In this document: positions 24,213-33,744 of the stretch, piece by piece | Layout: every line of letters begins with the position of its first letter | How positions within the stretch are numbered: the stretch's first letter is position 1 | Virus record (IMG/VR): IMGVR_UViG_3300035670_000009 | Location: 1-64,000 of that record | Source of the DNA: a virus | Lineage: Duplodnaviria > Caudoviricetes | DNA length: 64,000 nucleotides | Reading direction: 5' to 3' (one strand) | Position numbers and translations under genes: made by a program | The notes under the pieces: model-generated | Told to the model about the DNA's origin: nothing | The model's database searches: none | Seen by the model: only the letters and a program-made list of their open reading frames with translations

Positions 24213-24719
24213 TCAAGATTTGGCATTCTCAGCCTCCTGGGCCTCCCGCTTCTCGCGGTACTTCTTCCAGCACTCCCGGTCGTGCGCGTCTGCGATGGCC
24301 AGGTGGTGTTCCGCCTGTTCCAGCAAGCTGCGCGCGATGTAATAGTGCTGAAAAGCAGTGTCGGCTTCGAGGCCCCATTCTGGGCCGGGCAAGAAGTCGG
24401 TGAAGATCATCTTCATCTTCAGACTGCCGACGATGTTCTTGACCTCCCGGATGTCCTCGAACCGGTCGTCTTGCCGCGGCATTTTGCCGGTCTTGTGGCA
24501 GCACAGGCCCGCCGCCATGGCGCGCATGTGCTGATCTTCAGCCCAGTTCTCGTTGGCAAACTGGTCCGCAAAGATCGACTGCGGCATCGAGTAGTAGTCG
24601 CCGCCATCGTCGCCGTGGCGCGCGATAATGCTTTGGTTACCACAGAGGTACACGTCGTGATCATAAAAATGACCGAGGAACGTGCAGGTCTCGCAGTCGT
24701 GCGTGAACTTGGGTTTCAC
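24213..24719 (-). CDS. Hypothetical phage protein (N-terminal His/Cys motif)
   Basis: KFTHDCETCTFLG; overlaps upstream stop. Confidence 0.6.
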   Translation of the reverse strand: MKPKFTHDCETCTFLGHFYDHDVYLCGNQSIIARHGDDGGDYYSMPQSIFADQFANENWAEDQHMRAMAAGLCCHKTGKMPRQDDRFEDIREVKNIVGSLKMKMIFTDFLPGPEWGLEADTAFQHYYIARSLLEQAEHHLAIADAHDRECWKKYREKREAQEAENAKS

Positions 24720-25054
24720 TTCAGGTCTCCAAGGTTAAGATCGTAAATCGCGCGCCCGGCGATAAATCGCGCGACCATATCCATGACTTGAATAGCGCCC
24801 TGGTCGCTGTAGACCCGCCGGGCTTCGGTTGGCGAGTACGAGCCAAAGCACGTCACGCGAAACTCCATCGGAATAGTTTTGCCGATTTGCTCGACTTGTC
24901 CGGTATCGTTCAGGCGAAGCTCGGCACGCTGGCCAGGCGCGGTCACTTCGATGGTTTCGATGTGGCCGTCTTGCTCGCCTACTCGCCCATCTTCCAGCGC
25001 GCGATTGCAGGCGTCGCGCAGCGCCGTCACGAACAATTGACTATTGTGGTCCAC
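24716..25054 (-). CDS. Hypothetical protein
   Basis: GGAGG RBS with GTG start. Confidence 0.55.
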   Translation of the reverse strand: MDHNSQLFVTALRDACNRALEDGRVGEQDGHIETIEVTAPGQRAELRLNDTGQVEQIGKTIPMEFRVTCFGSYSPTEARRVYSDQGAIQVMDMVARFIAGRAIYDLNLGDLK

Positions 25055-25063
25055 GGGGCCTCC

Positions 25064-25114
25064 AACAAAATGAAAGGGCGGGCGCCAGGAAGGGTGAATT
25101 CCTAGCGCCCGCCC
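25064..25114 (-). terminator. Intrinsic terminator
   Basis: GGGCGGGCGC/GCGCCCGCCC stem plus UUUCAUUUUGUU. Confidence 0.6.
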
Positions 25115-25180
25115 GAGAAACCGGGCCTTGATGCACGTCAGCCTTGCGGCGAGCGGTGCGCCCGGTGTGTTTCGCTCAGT

Positions 25181-25513
25181 TTACCGCCAGCTGCGGACTC
25201 GGTACCACCGACCGTCCGAGCCCTGCGCTGACGCGTCGCCCGTCAGGCGCATACTCGAACTCGGCGTGCAGGTGTTGCAGTTAGGCGAGCTACCCATACC
25301 AACACCCTCGAACCGCCCGATGCACGAACCGACGTGACCGCAGAACCGGCGGGATGCCATGATGTTGGCTTCCTGCTGGCAACGAGCCTGGTCGCTGCCC
25401 GCGCTGTCTATGACGTAGCTCATCGTGGGCTGGCTGTACGTTCGCCGCGGAGCTGCCTCGGCGATTCCCACACCGAGACCGACGAGCACGAGAGCAAGAA
25501 CAAAGCGAACCAT
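25181..25513 (-). CDS. Small secreted Cys-containing protein
   Basis: Signal peptide MVRFVLALVLVGLGVGIAEA; AGGAGG RBS; GH...FEGVG...WY pattern. Confidence 0.65.
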   Translation of the reverse strand: MVRFVLALVLVGLGVGIAEAAPRRTYSQPTMSYVIDSAGSDQARCQQEANIMASRRFCGHVGSCIGRFEGVGMGSSPNCNTCTPSSSMRLTGDASAQGSDGRWYRVRSWR

Positions 25514-25704
25514 TGGAATCCTCCTTGAGACCAAGAAACACAAAAACGCGATCAGCTGCCATAGCCCCTCACTCATTAGTTTGGACCTGTAGAGTGGCTG
25601 AAAAGAGGCGGGTTGACTGATCGCGCACAGAGGGCAGCCGGGGAACGAACCCGAGCTGACAGGTTGGGTACTGCCAGGCGCTGCGTTGCGCTCTACCCGT
25701 CGGA

Positions 25705-26181
25705 TCAGGAACCGACCCTGAAGACTTCAGGAACCAGGCCGATGGATCGGCCATAAATGGCGACTGAGTCTCCGGGATAAACCCGGCGCGAAACATCGTC
25801 TGTTTCCAGGTTATTGACCTGGACACGCCGCATGATGATCAATTCACGCGCCGTCGACGTGTCGCAGTCGTTCTTAGCCGCCACGAAGTCGACAAGCGAC
25901 TGCGCCTCGGACAGCGCCTGGTACTCGGCCAAGGCCGCCGGGTGACGCTGCAGCACGGCCAGCGCCTTGTCGAGCCGCCCGAGCGCTTCAGCGTGGAGCT
26001 TGTGCAGGTTGCGGGCAACACTCATCATGTTGCCCGCATTCTGCAGAAACACGTCGAGGTCGTCGATTTCGTGGGCCGCGATCGGCACCGTGAAATCGCC
26101 GTCGTATACTTTCGGCAACGACTGCTCGAGACGAATCAAGGCGGCCTTACATCTCTCAAATTGGTCATCAATCATCGCCAT
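25705..26181 (-). CDS. Protein with C-terminal S4-like RNA-binding domain
   Basis: STARELIIMRRVQVNN...VSRRVYPGDSVAI resembles S4 consensus (SEARQLI..G.V.VNG...PS..V.PGD.I). Confidence 0.55.
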   Translation of the reverse strand: MAMIDDQFERCKAALIRLEQSLPKVYDGDFTVPIAAHEIDDLDVFLQNAGNMMSVARNLHKLHAEALGRLDKALAVLQRHPAALAEYQALSEAQSLVDFVAAKNDCDTSTARELIIMRRVQVNNLETDDVSRRVYPGDSVAIYGRSIGLVPEVFRVGS

Positions 26182-26350
26182 CTTCGTCCACCTCCATAGG
26201 TTGGGTCAGAATGTCCGCCACGAGCGCAGCGCTGAACATCCCGGCCATTGCGCCAATTAGAGTCCACGCGTCAGTCTCGGCTGACACGTATCCGAACACT
26301 CCGCCGAAGAGCCCGGCGGAGGAGACTATCGCGTGCTTAACGAAGAACAT
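26168..26350 (-). CDS. Small two-TM membrane protein
   Basis: Two Gly-rich hydrophobic helices. Confidence 0.5.
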   Translation of the reverse strand: MFFVKHAIVSSAGLFGGVFGYVSAETDAWTLIGAMAGMFSAALVADILTQPMEVDEDGDD

Positions 26351-26573
26351 GAACGCCTCCTTGCGCAAGAACATGTTGCCGCCACACCAGCCACTGCCCT
26401 TGCTCGTACTTCCACCACTCGCCGTTGTGGTAGATGACGTTCGTTTGGCCGACTTCCGGCGGTTGTGGCGCCCGTTCGGTTACGCGGGCCTGCAGACGAT
26501 TCACCGCTTTTTCGACCTGTGTTTGAACCACCGGCGAAAAAAGCGACACGAGTAACAGTATCAACCAGTTCAT
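26337..26573 (-). CDS. Small secreted/membrane protein
   Basis: MNWLILLLVSLF start with GGAGGG RBS. Confidence 0.5.
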   Translation of the reverse strand: MNWLILLLVSLFSPVVQTQVEKAVNRLQARVTERAPQPPEVGQTNVIYHNGEWWKYEQGQWLVWRQHVLAQGGVHVLR

Positions 26574-26607
26574 TTCCCCCTCCGTGGAAAGATATCTATC
26601 CAACCAA

Positions 26608-26644
26608 CAAAAAACCCGCTGCCAAACACGCGTTGGCAGCGGGC
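26608..26644 (-). terminator. Intrinsic terminator
   Basis: CCCGCTGCCAA/TTGGCAGCGGG stem plus U-run. Confidence 0.7.
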
Positions 26645-26671
26645 AAGTTAACACAAGCAATAGCGACGACA

Positions 26672-27028
26672 CTACTGCGCCGCGGCTACTTCTTCTGGTT
26701 TGTTTTGCGCAGTCTGGGCGGTCTGCGCTGCGGCGTCACGCACGGCGTTCGCCTGGTCGTATCCGGCGTGCCAAATGGCGCGCAGATCTGGCTGCGCAAG
26801 CGCGGCCGTGACGCCCGTCACGAAGTGCCGAGTCTTGGACATCTCCAGCTCGATCTTCATTTGCTGCAAGTCGTACAGCAAATCGCGAATCTGATTCGCG
26901 TCGATCTCGCGGATTTTCTGGCTGATGGCGACGGTTTCTCGCGCCTTTGCCAAATCCCGATTCGTCGACCACCACGCCCAGCTTGCACCAACAGCCGTCA
27001 AGACGGCGAGCCACCCTATCGCACGCAT
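26672..27028 (-). CDS. Membrane-anchored coiled-coil protein
   Basis: N-terminal TM helix then heptad-rich region. Confidence 0.6.
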   Translation of the reverse strand: MRAIGWLAVLTAVGASWAWWSTNRDLAKARETVAISQKIREIDANQIRDLLYDLQQMKIELEMSKTRHFVTGVTAALAQPDLRAIWHAGYDQANAVRDAAAQTAQTAQNKPEEVAAAQ

Positions 27029-27078
27029 GTCTGTCTCCGTGAAAAGAATTGAGACTGCAACCTCGGTCAGAATTGTCT

Positions 27079-27555
27079 TTATCTGCGCGTGTCTGTCCAG
27101 GTCTGCGTGACAACGCGAGCGACTTTTTCTTCCGCAGGTTCACCGCCGCGCAAATCGCGCACTTCGCTGGCGCGCTGCAGAATCTCTTCTTCGGTGGGGT
27201 CTTTTTCGGTCTTTTCTTTCCGCGGGCGGCCGCATTTCTTTTTGGGCGCCGTCTGCAACGCGAATACTTTGCGCACCGTTCGCTGCAGAGACCAACCGAG
27301 CGAACGCATGATCATTCGGGTCGGCACTTTGTTCTTGACGAGCCACGCGGCCCACACGTCTTCTGTGAGCGCGGGGATGACTCGCGAACAAGTCCGCTTC
27401 ATTATTTCGGCGTGCTCGTCGCCGGACCGGCTCCACAACCAGTTCACCAGCTCAAATATCTCGCTGGTGTCCACATCAAACTTGCGCGCAACTTCTTTTG
27501 CGCTGCGTTTCTTGTTGTACTCGTCGACAGCGGCCGCGGCTGTCTGGTAGTCCAT
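27079..27555 (-). CDS. Putative HTH DNA-binding protein
   Basis: SAKEVARKFDV and TRMIMRSLGWS...TVRK HTH-like segments; first gene after promoter 27598. Confidence 0.5.
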   Translation of the reverse strand: MDYQTAAAAVDEYNKKRSAKEVARKFDVDTSEIFELVNWLWSRSGDEHAEIMKRTCSRVIPALTEDVWAAWLVKNKVPTRMIMRSLGWSLQRTVRKVFALQTAPKKKCGRPRKEKTEKDPTEEEILQRASEVRDLRGGEPAEEKVARVVTQTWTDTRR

Positions 27556-27597
27556 CACCGTTTGCCCCCTTTCTGGTAGCGACACACTGGGCACCTA

Positions 27598-27626
27598 ATA
27601 TGCCCGCAAATTGGCATTTTTTTAGC
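27598..27626 (-). promoter_or_regulatory. Phage promoter GCTAAA-N16-GGCATAT
   Basis: Exact consensus and spacing. Confidence 0.8.
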
Positions 27627-28774
27627 TAGCGGCTGGCAATAGCGCGCGGCCCCATGGGCGCAGAAAACGGCCGAGGCATAAACGCCTGGTCGATTTTGGG
27701 AAGCGTGTACCAACCGTCTTCATATAACTCGTCAAGCTGCCGAAACACGACGTCGTATTCAGAGCCGCACTGCTGCAAACTGTAACGGGCTCGAGCAGCC
27801 GCGGCAATCTTTCGCCGATCGAGCTTTCCGGCCGCCTGAATTGCGCCCAGCCATTGTTTCAGCACGTGACAACGGTAGCCGTTAAAACCGGGCTGAACAG
27901 TCTCTGTGAAAGCGCCAAAGTCGCGGGCGATCAGTGGCGTGCCGCAAAGCAACCCTTCGACGCCTGAACCACCGAATGGCTCTACGAATTCTGTAGGCAT
28001 TAGCTGGCAGTAGGCATTGCGCAAAAAATCGCTGCGCTCGCGGCCTTTGAGCGCCCCAACGTGCTCAATGTTCGGGTGCGCCCATTGCCGCATATCGCCC
28101 TGCCCGGCAACTTTAATTGGCACGTTGATGCGTTTGGCAATTTCTAACAACGTATCCATGCCTTTCGCAGAACCAATACGCCCAAGAAACGCTATGTACT
28201 TGCCGGGCTCGAAGCTGGGTTCCCATTCGTCTACGTCGAAATAGTTGGGTATGACCCATTCGTAATTGTGCCCGACACGTTTTTCTCGCCCCTGGTGGTA
28301 ATGCATCCAGGCGTAACTCTCAAAAATCTTCATTGCGCCGGGCAACAACGCGTTGTACCCGATGCCGGTTTCAAGATGGACATTGTTGGGAAACTCTTGC
28401 ACAAGCCGCGCGTGCGCGTGACCGAACGGATGGCAAATGATGTCGCGCGGACGTACACGATCACGAAGCGCTGAAACAAGCCGCTCTTCAAAAAGCGCGT
28501 GCCACGGACTTTGAATTTGCGCCAGGTCACCGTGAAACATTGCTTCGCGGTGGCGCCTGCCGAGCAAATTCTCAAACTCGTCGTGCGAAAGCATCGGAAC
28601 TTTTTCAGCTGCGACGCTTTCACTGCCCTCGTTGGCATACTCGATGACCTGATAACCGTAAGGTTGCACCATTTTGGCGAAGCGCAACACTTTGCCGGTA
28701 AAAGCGCAGTGCGAAAAAGCGCTCGTCGGCACCGTGTGAAAAACGCCGATCAAATGCAGCGCGGGCTTGGCCAT
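27626..28774 (-). CDS. GT4 (GT-B fold) glycosyltransferase
   Basis: FLGRIGSAKG and EPFGGSGVEGLLCGTP (ExFG-x7-E motif). Confidence 0.88.
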   Translation of the reverse strand: MAKPALHLIGVFHTVPTSAFSHCAFTGKVLRFAKMVQPYGYQVIEYANEGSESVAAEKVPMLSHDEFENLLGRRHREAMFHGDLAQIQSPWHALFEERLVSALRDRVRPRDIICHPFGHAHARLVQEFPNNVHLETGIGYNALLPGAMKIFESYAWMHYHQGREKRVGHNYEWVIPNYFDVDEWEPSFEPGKYIAFLGRIGSAKGMDTLLEIAKRINVPIKVAGQGDMRQWAHPNIEHVGALKGRERSDFLRNAYCQLMPTEFVEPFGGSGVEGLLCGTPLIARDFGAFTETVQPGFNGYRCHVLKQWLGAIQAAGKLDRRKIAAAARARYSLQQCGSEYDVVFRQLDELYEDGWYTLPKIDQAFMPRPFSAPMGPRAIASR

Positions 28775-28777
28775 CGC

Positions 28778-29188
28778 TCACTCCGGAAACTGAAACAACA
28801 TTTGATTCGAGTTGTTTTTGGAGACGACCGGAGAAACGGCCAGGTCAGCAGCCGCCTGCGCGCACTGCGTGGCAAGTACGCGCCGTTGCTGCGCGCTGAC
28901 TGCAGGGATGTGCAAAACGTAAGAATTATCGGGACCAAACCGCAGAGTGAGCGCGCGATTCTTGGCGACAATTTCTGGAGGCGTAATTGGTTGGCTGGGC
29001 CGGACTAGCGCGACAATCATTTGCGCAAGCTGAGCTAGTTCTGCCGTGTCCCAAGCAAAACTGTCAATTCCAGTTCGGGCGACCTCGAGCAGGCTGGTAA
29101 GCGCTTCGCCTACGCCGAGTCCAAGATCGAGCAGCATTTCATTGCGCGGTAAATCGCACTTGCGGCACCCATCTTTTTTGCAGCTCAT
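28778..29188 (-). CDS. Hypothetical protein
   Basis: ORF in operon; Cys-rich N-terminus. Confidence 0.5.
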   Translation of the reverse strand: MSCKKDGCRKCDLPRNEMLLDLGLGVGEALTSLLEVARTGIDSFAWDTAELAQLAQMIVALVRPSQPITPPEIVAKNRALTLRFGPDNSYVLHIPAVSAQQRRVLATQCAQAAADLAVSPVVSKNNSNQMLFQFPE

Positions 29189-29266
29189 ATTCCGGCCCGT
29201 AGAGAAACGAATTTTGACGACGTTTCGGATTATGAGACCGCGCACGAGAAGGCGCAATGGTCGCGT

Positions 29267-29848
29267 TTACACACGCTCAGCGAATCGGTGCTGCTCGGCA
29301 AAACACGCGGCGCACGCGGGCTGGTAAAGTTCTTCAGCGCCCAATTCGATTGACGGCCCTTCTCGCGTAGGCCGCCCGGCGACAAACTTCAGATTAAAAA
29401 TCGCTTTGCGGTCGCAGTAGGCGCAGGTCGTCTTGATCTCTTCGATCGTGTCGGCCAGCTCTAGAAGACGGGCGGCGGCCGGAAAGAGCTTCGTTTTGAA
29501 ATCAGTCCGCAGGCCGTAACAAATCACGGGGATCTTTGGATTGTTGTGCGCGATGTGCGCAAGCTGTTCAACGACGAACAACGGCAAGAACTGCGCCTCG
29601 TCAACCAGCGCGCAACAGGCGCCTTGAAGCTGGTCGCAGGTAATCACGGTATTTGGTTCACAGATGACGTCGGCACGCGCTTGAAGGCCTGCCCGGGCCG
29701 TAATCCACTCTTGCCCCCAGCGAGTGTCAAGCGCTGGTTTGACCAAAAGTGGCCGCTTACCCTGCTGGCGATAATTGTGCGCAACAGCCAGAAGGTTGAG
29801 CGTTTTAGCCGAATTGACCGTACCGTACCGAAAGTAAAGCTTAGCCAT
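29267..29848 (-). CDS. tdk: Thymidine kinase
   Basis: YGTVNSAKT P-loop, VDEAQF, YGLRTDF, CAYC zinc site. Confidence 0.95.
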   Translation of the reverse strand: MAKLYFRYGTVNSAKTLNLLAVAHNYRQQGKRPLLVKPALDTRWGQEWITARAGLQARADVICEPNTVITCDQLQGACCALVDEAQFLPLFVVEQLAHIAHNNPKIPVICYGLRTDFKTKLFPAAARLLELADTIEEIKTTCAYCDRKAIFNLKFVAGRPTREGPSIELGAEELYQPACAACFAEQHRFAERV

Positions 29849-30141
29849 CAGAAAAAATCACGGCTCAGATTTGGTGGCTGTATATGTCCGTAATAGCGAT
29901 TCAATGATCGAAACGAATGACGATGCCGCGCAAACCGAATCGTGTAGGTTGGCCGATGCCGCATGCTGTGTTTGCGATTTTGAAAATCGCTCAGCCAATG
30001 ACGGCGAAAACGCTGACGGAGCCAGCAAATTAAGTAGCCGCAAACGGCGCCAGATAGAAAACAACTAACTGAAATCAGTGCGATCACAAAAACCTCCAGA
30101 AGAGTACGCGCAGCGGCATTATCTGCCGCTTTGCGTTGCCG

Positions 30142-30441
30142 TCAAGTTTCGTCGTCTTGCTCGTAGTGCGACGGCTTTGTGCCCGCGCGCGGCTTGTGGC
30201 TATCTGCGCCTTCGAGCTCGTCTGCCGCGCGCTGCAGCCATTTTGCTAGCTTTCGCGCTTCAGTGGGCGAGATTAACGGCGAGACGTCGCCAAAGACGGA
30301 GACGGAAATGCCGGAGATATTTCCGTGCGCCGTTTTCCATTTGCCCGACTCGAGGAGCAAGGTCGGCGCGTCGTTGCCTTCGCCTGGAACGATTTCGTTC
30401 TTCAGCTCAAAAATGTCGCTTTCGTTTGTGACAATTACCAC
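30142..30441 (-). CDS. Hypothetical protein
   Basis: ORF in operon. Confidence 0.5.
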   Translation of the reverse strand: MVIVTNESDIFELKNEIVPGEGNDAPTLLLESGKWKTAHGNISGISVSVFGDVSPLISPTEARKLAKWLQRAADELEGADSHKPRAGTKPSHYEQDDET

Positions 30442-30974
30442 GGTTTTCGCAGCCTCGTCTGAAATTGTTCCAAATCGTCTAGAAACAACGCCGCAATGTC
30501 GCTGGCGTGCTGATAGGCGTCTCGCATGCCGCGTTGATATTCCGCACTGCCTTTGGCGGGCGGCCTATCCGCCAGATCGGCGACGGTTGCTAGACCCGCG
30601 ACGGCGCGGCTCCGCAGCAATCGATATTCGGGCGCGCTGAGCACAAGCGCCGCTTCTTGGTCTGCGGCAACTGCTTGCATTTCGGCGGGCGCCTCGACCA
30701 GGACGCCAAGCGTCTGCAGCAACTTGGTGCAGCGCGCGACCAGATTGAAATCATGAAAATTTGTTGCGGAAACAGACTTTCGCGCAATTGTATGAAGGAG
30801 CACGCAGAGATCGAGCAAATCGTTATCAGGTTTTGGCGGCGTCGCCTCTTGCGACAAGGAACGCGAAATAGGTTTTTTTCTGCTTCTTTGTGCCGTAGTT
30901 CTTTCCTGCTTTTCGGCGTGCGCAAAGTCGAAATACAGCTGATTTTTCATCGGCTTTCTAACCGGCATGGTCAG
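30435..30974 (-). CDS. Hypothetical protein
   Basis: GGAG upstream of MLTMPV; helical ORF. Confidence 0.5.
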   Translation of the reverse strand: MTMPVRKPMKNQLYFDFAHAEKQERTTAQRSRKKPISRSLSQEATPPKPDNDLLDLCVLLHTIARKSVSATNFHDFNLVARCTKLLQTLGVLVEAPAEMQAVAADQEAALVLSAPEYRLLRSRAVAGLATVADLADRPPAKGSAEYQRGMRDAYQHASDIAALFLDDLEQFQTRLRKPW

Positions 30975-30991
30975 CATAGATGAACTCCTTT

Positions 30992-31615
30992 TCAGGTTTC
31001 GACAGTCGCAGGTGAATATTTGCACGCGTAATACGAGCTGTAGACGTGCTTATGAACGGCGTCGGGTGACAATAAAGCGTCGCTGATAAACGTCTGTTCT
31101 CCAGCTTCGCGTTTGCTTGCGTGCCGAAGATACGCTTGACGCATTGCAACGCGCGTCTCGACCGGAATGCGCTCGTAACGATCGCGGCCGGGGCCGGTAC
31201 GCTGCACTGAAATGTCGCCGGGCATGTCCAGCAAAAAACACAGGTCCGGGACGAGGCTCGAGGTTTGGCGGAAAACCTGGAGAATAAACTCTTCGTCGAT
31301 CCGGTTGATCTCGCCCTGGTAAACGAGCGTTGAGAGCAACCACCTATCACAGATTACTGTGAAATTGTCGGCTAGCCGCTCACGAATGTAGGCGGCCAGC
31401 TCCGCCCGGGCGGCGGAAAACAAAAGCATCTGCGCTGCGCTAGAAATCGGCGCGTCGTTATGCAGCAGGATTTGCCGAATAGCAGTACCAATCTGCGTTG
31501 TACCTGGATCTGCCACCTGCTCGACTCTGCCGCCTTCGGATTTAAGGCGGTCGTACAACATGCGGGCTTGGGTGGTCTTCCCAGCCCCGTCGATTCCTTC
31601 GAACACGACGAACAC
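30992..31615 (-). CDS. tmk: Thymidylate (dTMP) kinase
   Basis: VFEGIDGAGKTTQ, LFSAAR, CDRW, PDLCFLLD. Confidence 0.95.
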   Translation of the reverse strand: MFVVFEGIDGAGKTTQARMLYDRLKSEGGRVEQVADPGTTQIGTAIRQILLHNDAPISSAAQMLLFSAARAELAAYIRERLADNFTVICDRWLLSTLVYQGEINRIDEEFILQVFRQTSSLVPDLCFLLDMPGDISVQRTGPGRDRYERIPVETRVAMRQAYLRHASKREAGEQTFISDALLSPDAVHKHVYSSYYACKYSPATVET

Positions 31616-31645
31616 AGCGTCTCCTTGCTGCGAGTGGATAGATAT

Positions 31646-31960
31646 CTATCGCCCAGTGATACCGAAGCTCGGCGAATCGCCCAAAATACGGCGCGGGTCT
31701 TCACGCTGGGCTGCGTTTATGCCGACCGATGGCGTGTCGGTCGTTGCGTACGGCGTATCCGCCGTAATCAGCGCCAATTGGCTGCCGTCGGCCAGGCGCA
31801 ACGCCAAACCGGCCGCTTGCATGCCGACACCTTGAATGCCTTTTTGGGCCAGCCAGTCGGTCATGAATGCGCAAAAGTGGTCAATCGGCGCGGCGGCCGC
31901 GTTTGGATTGGCCTGAAGATACTGTTTACGAATCTCGTCGACCAGCTCGCTTTTTGCCAC
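31646..31960 (-). CDS. Hypothetical protein
   Basis: AGGAG RBS with GTG start. Confidence 0.5.
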   Translation of the reverse strand: MAKSELVDEIRKQYLQANPNAAAAPIDHFCAFMTDWLAQKGIQGVGMQAAGLALRLADGSQLALITADTPYATTDTPSVGINAAQREDPRRILGDSPSFGITGR

Positions 31961-32675
31961 TGGGTTTCTCCTTTTTGGGGTTTTCTTCGTGACTGACACG
32001 CGCCGCGATTCGTGCGCGAGCCTGACCCGCGATTTGCGCTGCCTGGCGCGCAGCGCGAGCTTTGGCTTTTGTTTCTTTTATCATTTGGCTGACTTCTTGC
32101 AAGCGATTCCGCGCGGCGTGTACGTAGAGCCGCAACTGATAGAACCGCGCTGCAGAGGTAACAGCGAGCAGATCGCCGTCCAATTGCATCAAAATCTTAC
32201 GCGCGCGGGCGGCGGCTTCAATACCGCGGTCGCTTAGTAGTGTCAGCAGCTCGCTAGCTGTGCAAATGACGTCAGCGACAGCGATGATCTGCGTTTTTAC
32301 AGTGCTTGCGCTAAGCCGCCCGCGATATTCCATATCGCGTTTGGTTTCCACCAGGCGAAAATCACGACTTAAATCGGCTACAGTGGCGGCAATCTGCACA
32401 GTCGTGTGTTCGGCGATTTGCTCAAACGGACAACGACTAACGTTGATCACATCATGCAGCAGAGCGCTGTGCACGACAATCGCCACACTCTCCTGCGTTT
32501 CTTCGCAAATCAAGTCTTTGCGAACGTCATAATAAACTTTGGTGGCAATCGTCTCGGCCATACGGGCTACGGCGACTGCGTGTTCCAACAGTGTCTGTCC
32601 GTGGACAGACGGCTTGTCCTGGTAGTGCTGCCGGGCGAAAGCCATGGTTGCACTAATCGTCTGTTCGACGTTCAT
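31926..32675 (-). CDS. HD-domain protein, RelA/SpoT hydrolase (small alarmone hydrolase)-like
   Basis: EHAVAVA, ALLHDV, VADLSRD, IIAVAD pattern of HD_4. Confidence 0.65.
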   Translation of the reverse strand: MNVEQTISATMAFARQHYQDKPSVHGQTLLEHAVAVARMAETIATKVYYDVRKDLICEETQESVAIVVHSALLHDVINVSRCPFEQIAEHTTVQIAATVADLSRDFRLVETKRDMEYRGRLSASTVKTQIIAVADVICTASELLTLLSDRGIEAAARARKILMQLDGDLLAVTSAARFYQLRLYVHAARNRLQEVSQMIKETKAKARAARQAAQIAGQARARIAARVSHEENPKKEKPSGKKRAGRRDS

Positions 32676-32697
32676 CGGCACCTCCTTGTGCCTATGC

Positions 32698-33738
32698 TTA
32701 CAAGTTCAACAGCTTTCGCCAGCTAGCCTCAAACACGTCCCGGCGCGCCTGCAGATTGTACGAAACTTTCTTTTGCATTGTGCTGATGTGCCGCGGATCG
32801 GCGATCAGTTCTTGGAGCGCGGCGGCGTACCGGCCATAATCGGCGACAGCGTGCGGCACGCCGTTGTCGTCGTAATCGATTTTGGTCTTGACCAGAGTCG
32901 CGTTGACGTCCGGATAGAGAAATTCAGTCTGCGGCGGAACGGCCAGACTCAGCAGCGGCGTACCCGCTGCCAAACTGCTCAAAGCACAATATCCGTAGTT
33001 ATCGCACTCGGCAGGCCACAGGGTTAAATCGGCGTTTGTATACAGGTTAAATCGCTTGATCAAGGGTACGTTGCGCACCAAAGTCACTCGACCGCCCACG
33101 CGTTTTCCAAGCCGCGTGAAATAACGGGCAACTGCGGGACCAAAACGGCTCGAACTCACCGCCACGGTTAGGTGCGGCTCTTCCATCCGCTCGAGGATAT
33201 AGCCCAGCGCGCCGATAAAAATGCGGGTCGCGCAGCGCGCATTTCTGTCAAACCACGGGAGAAACAGTCGAATGTGCCGGAAATCGAGTGGTTGACTTTT
33301 GCGCGTGATTGGCAGACCCGCGTCAAAAGGAATGAGCTCGACACGATTGAGTCTGTAAACGTCAACAAACAAATCACGGCACTCGTTCGACATAGCGACG
33401 ATGTGATCTGCGCGCTTCAACGTTTTTTTAAATGGCGGCACCAGCTCTTGCCACATCGGCACAATAATGGTTTTTATGCCGCGGCGCGCAGCGTAATTTA
33501 CTTGCTCGACCCGCGGCGCGTGCGTCCAAATAATCGCGGAACGGTTTTTAGCCCAGTCAGTGAACTTGCAGTTACCTCGAAAAAGCACGCTGTGGTCGAA
33601 CGACAGCCGCAATTTACCGGGCGAGTTGTCGGAATAGATGTCGCACGGCTCGCCCAGTCCGCGCAATAGCCCTGCCAGGCGCACTGCGAGATAGGCCTGG
33701 TCGCAATGTGCGTAGTGGGTGTAGATCCCAACACACAT
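32698..33738 (-). CDS. Divergent GT-B (GT4-like) glycosyltransferase
   Basis: ADHIVAMS; AECDNYGYCALSSLAAGTPLL resembles the GT4 C-terminal motif. Confidence 0.6.
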   Translation of the reverse strand: MCVGIYTHYAHCDQAYLAVRLAGLLRGLGEPCDIYSDNSPGKLRLSFDHSVLFRGNCKFTDWAKNRSAIIWTHAPRVEQVNYAARRGIKTIIVPMWQELVPPFKKTLKRADHIVAMSNECRDLFVDVYRLNRVELIPFDAGLPITRKSQPLDFRHIRLFLPWFDRNARCATRIFIGALGYILERMEEPHLTVAVSSSRFGPAVARYFTRLGKRVGGRVTLVRNVPLIKRFNLYTNADLTLWPAECDNYGYCALSSLAAGTPLLSLAVPPQTEFLYPDVNATLVKTKIDYDDNGVPHAVADYGRYAAALQELIADPRHISTMQKKVSYNLQARRDVFEASWRKLLNL

Positions 33739-33744
33739 TGTGGT

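Noticed and set aside
25569-25826. ORF between the S4-like gene and the secreted protein gene
   Set aside because: It overlaps the neighbouring gene substantially and has no recognisable motif or RBS.
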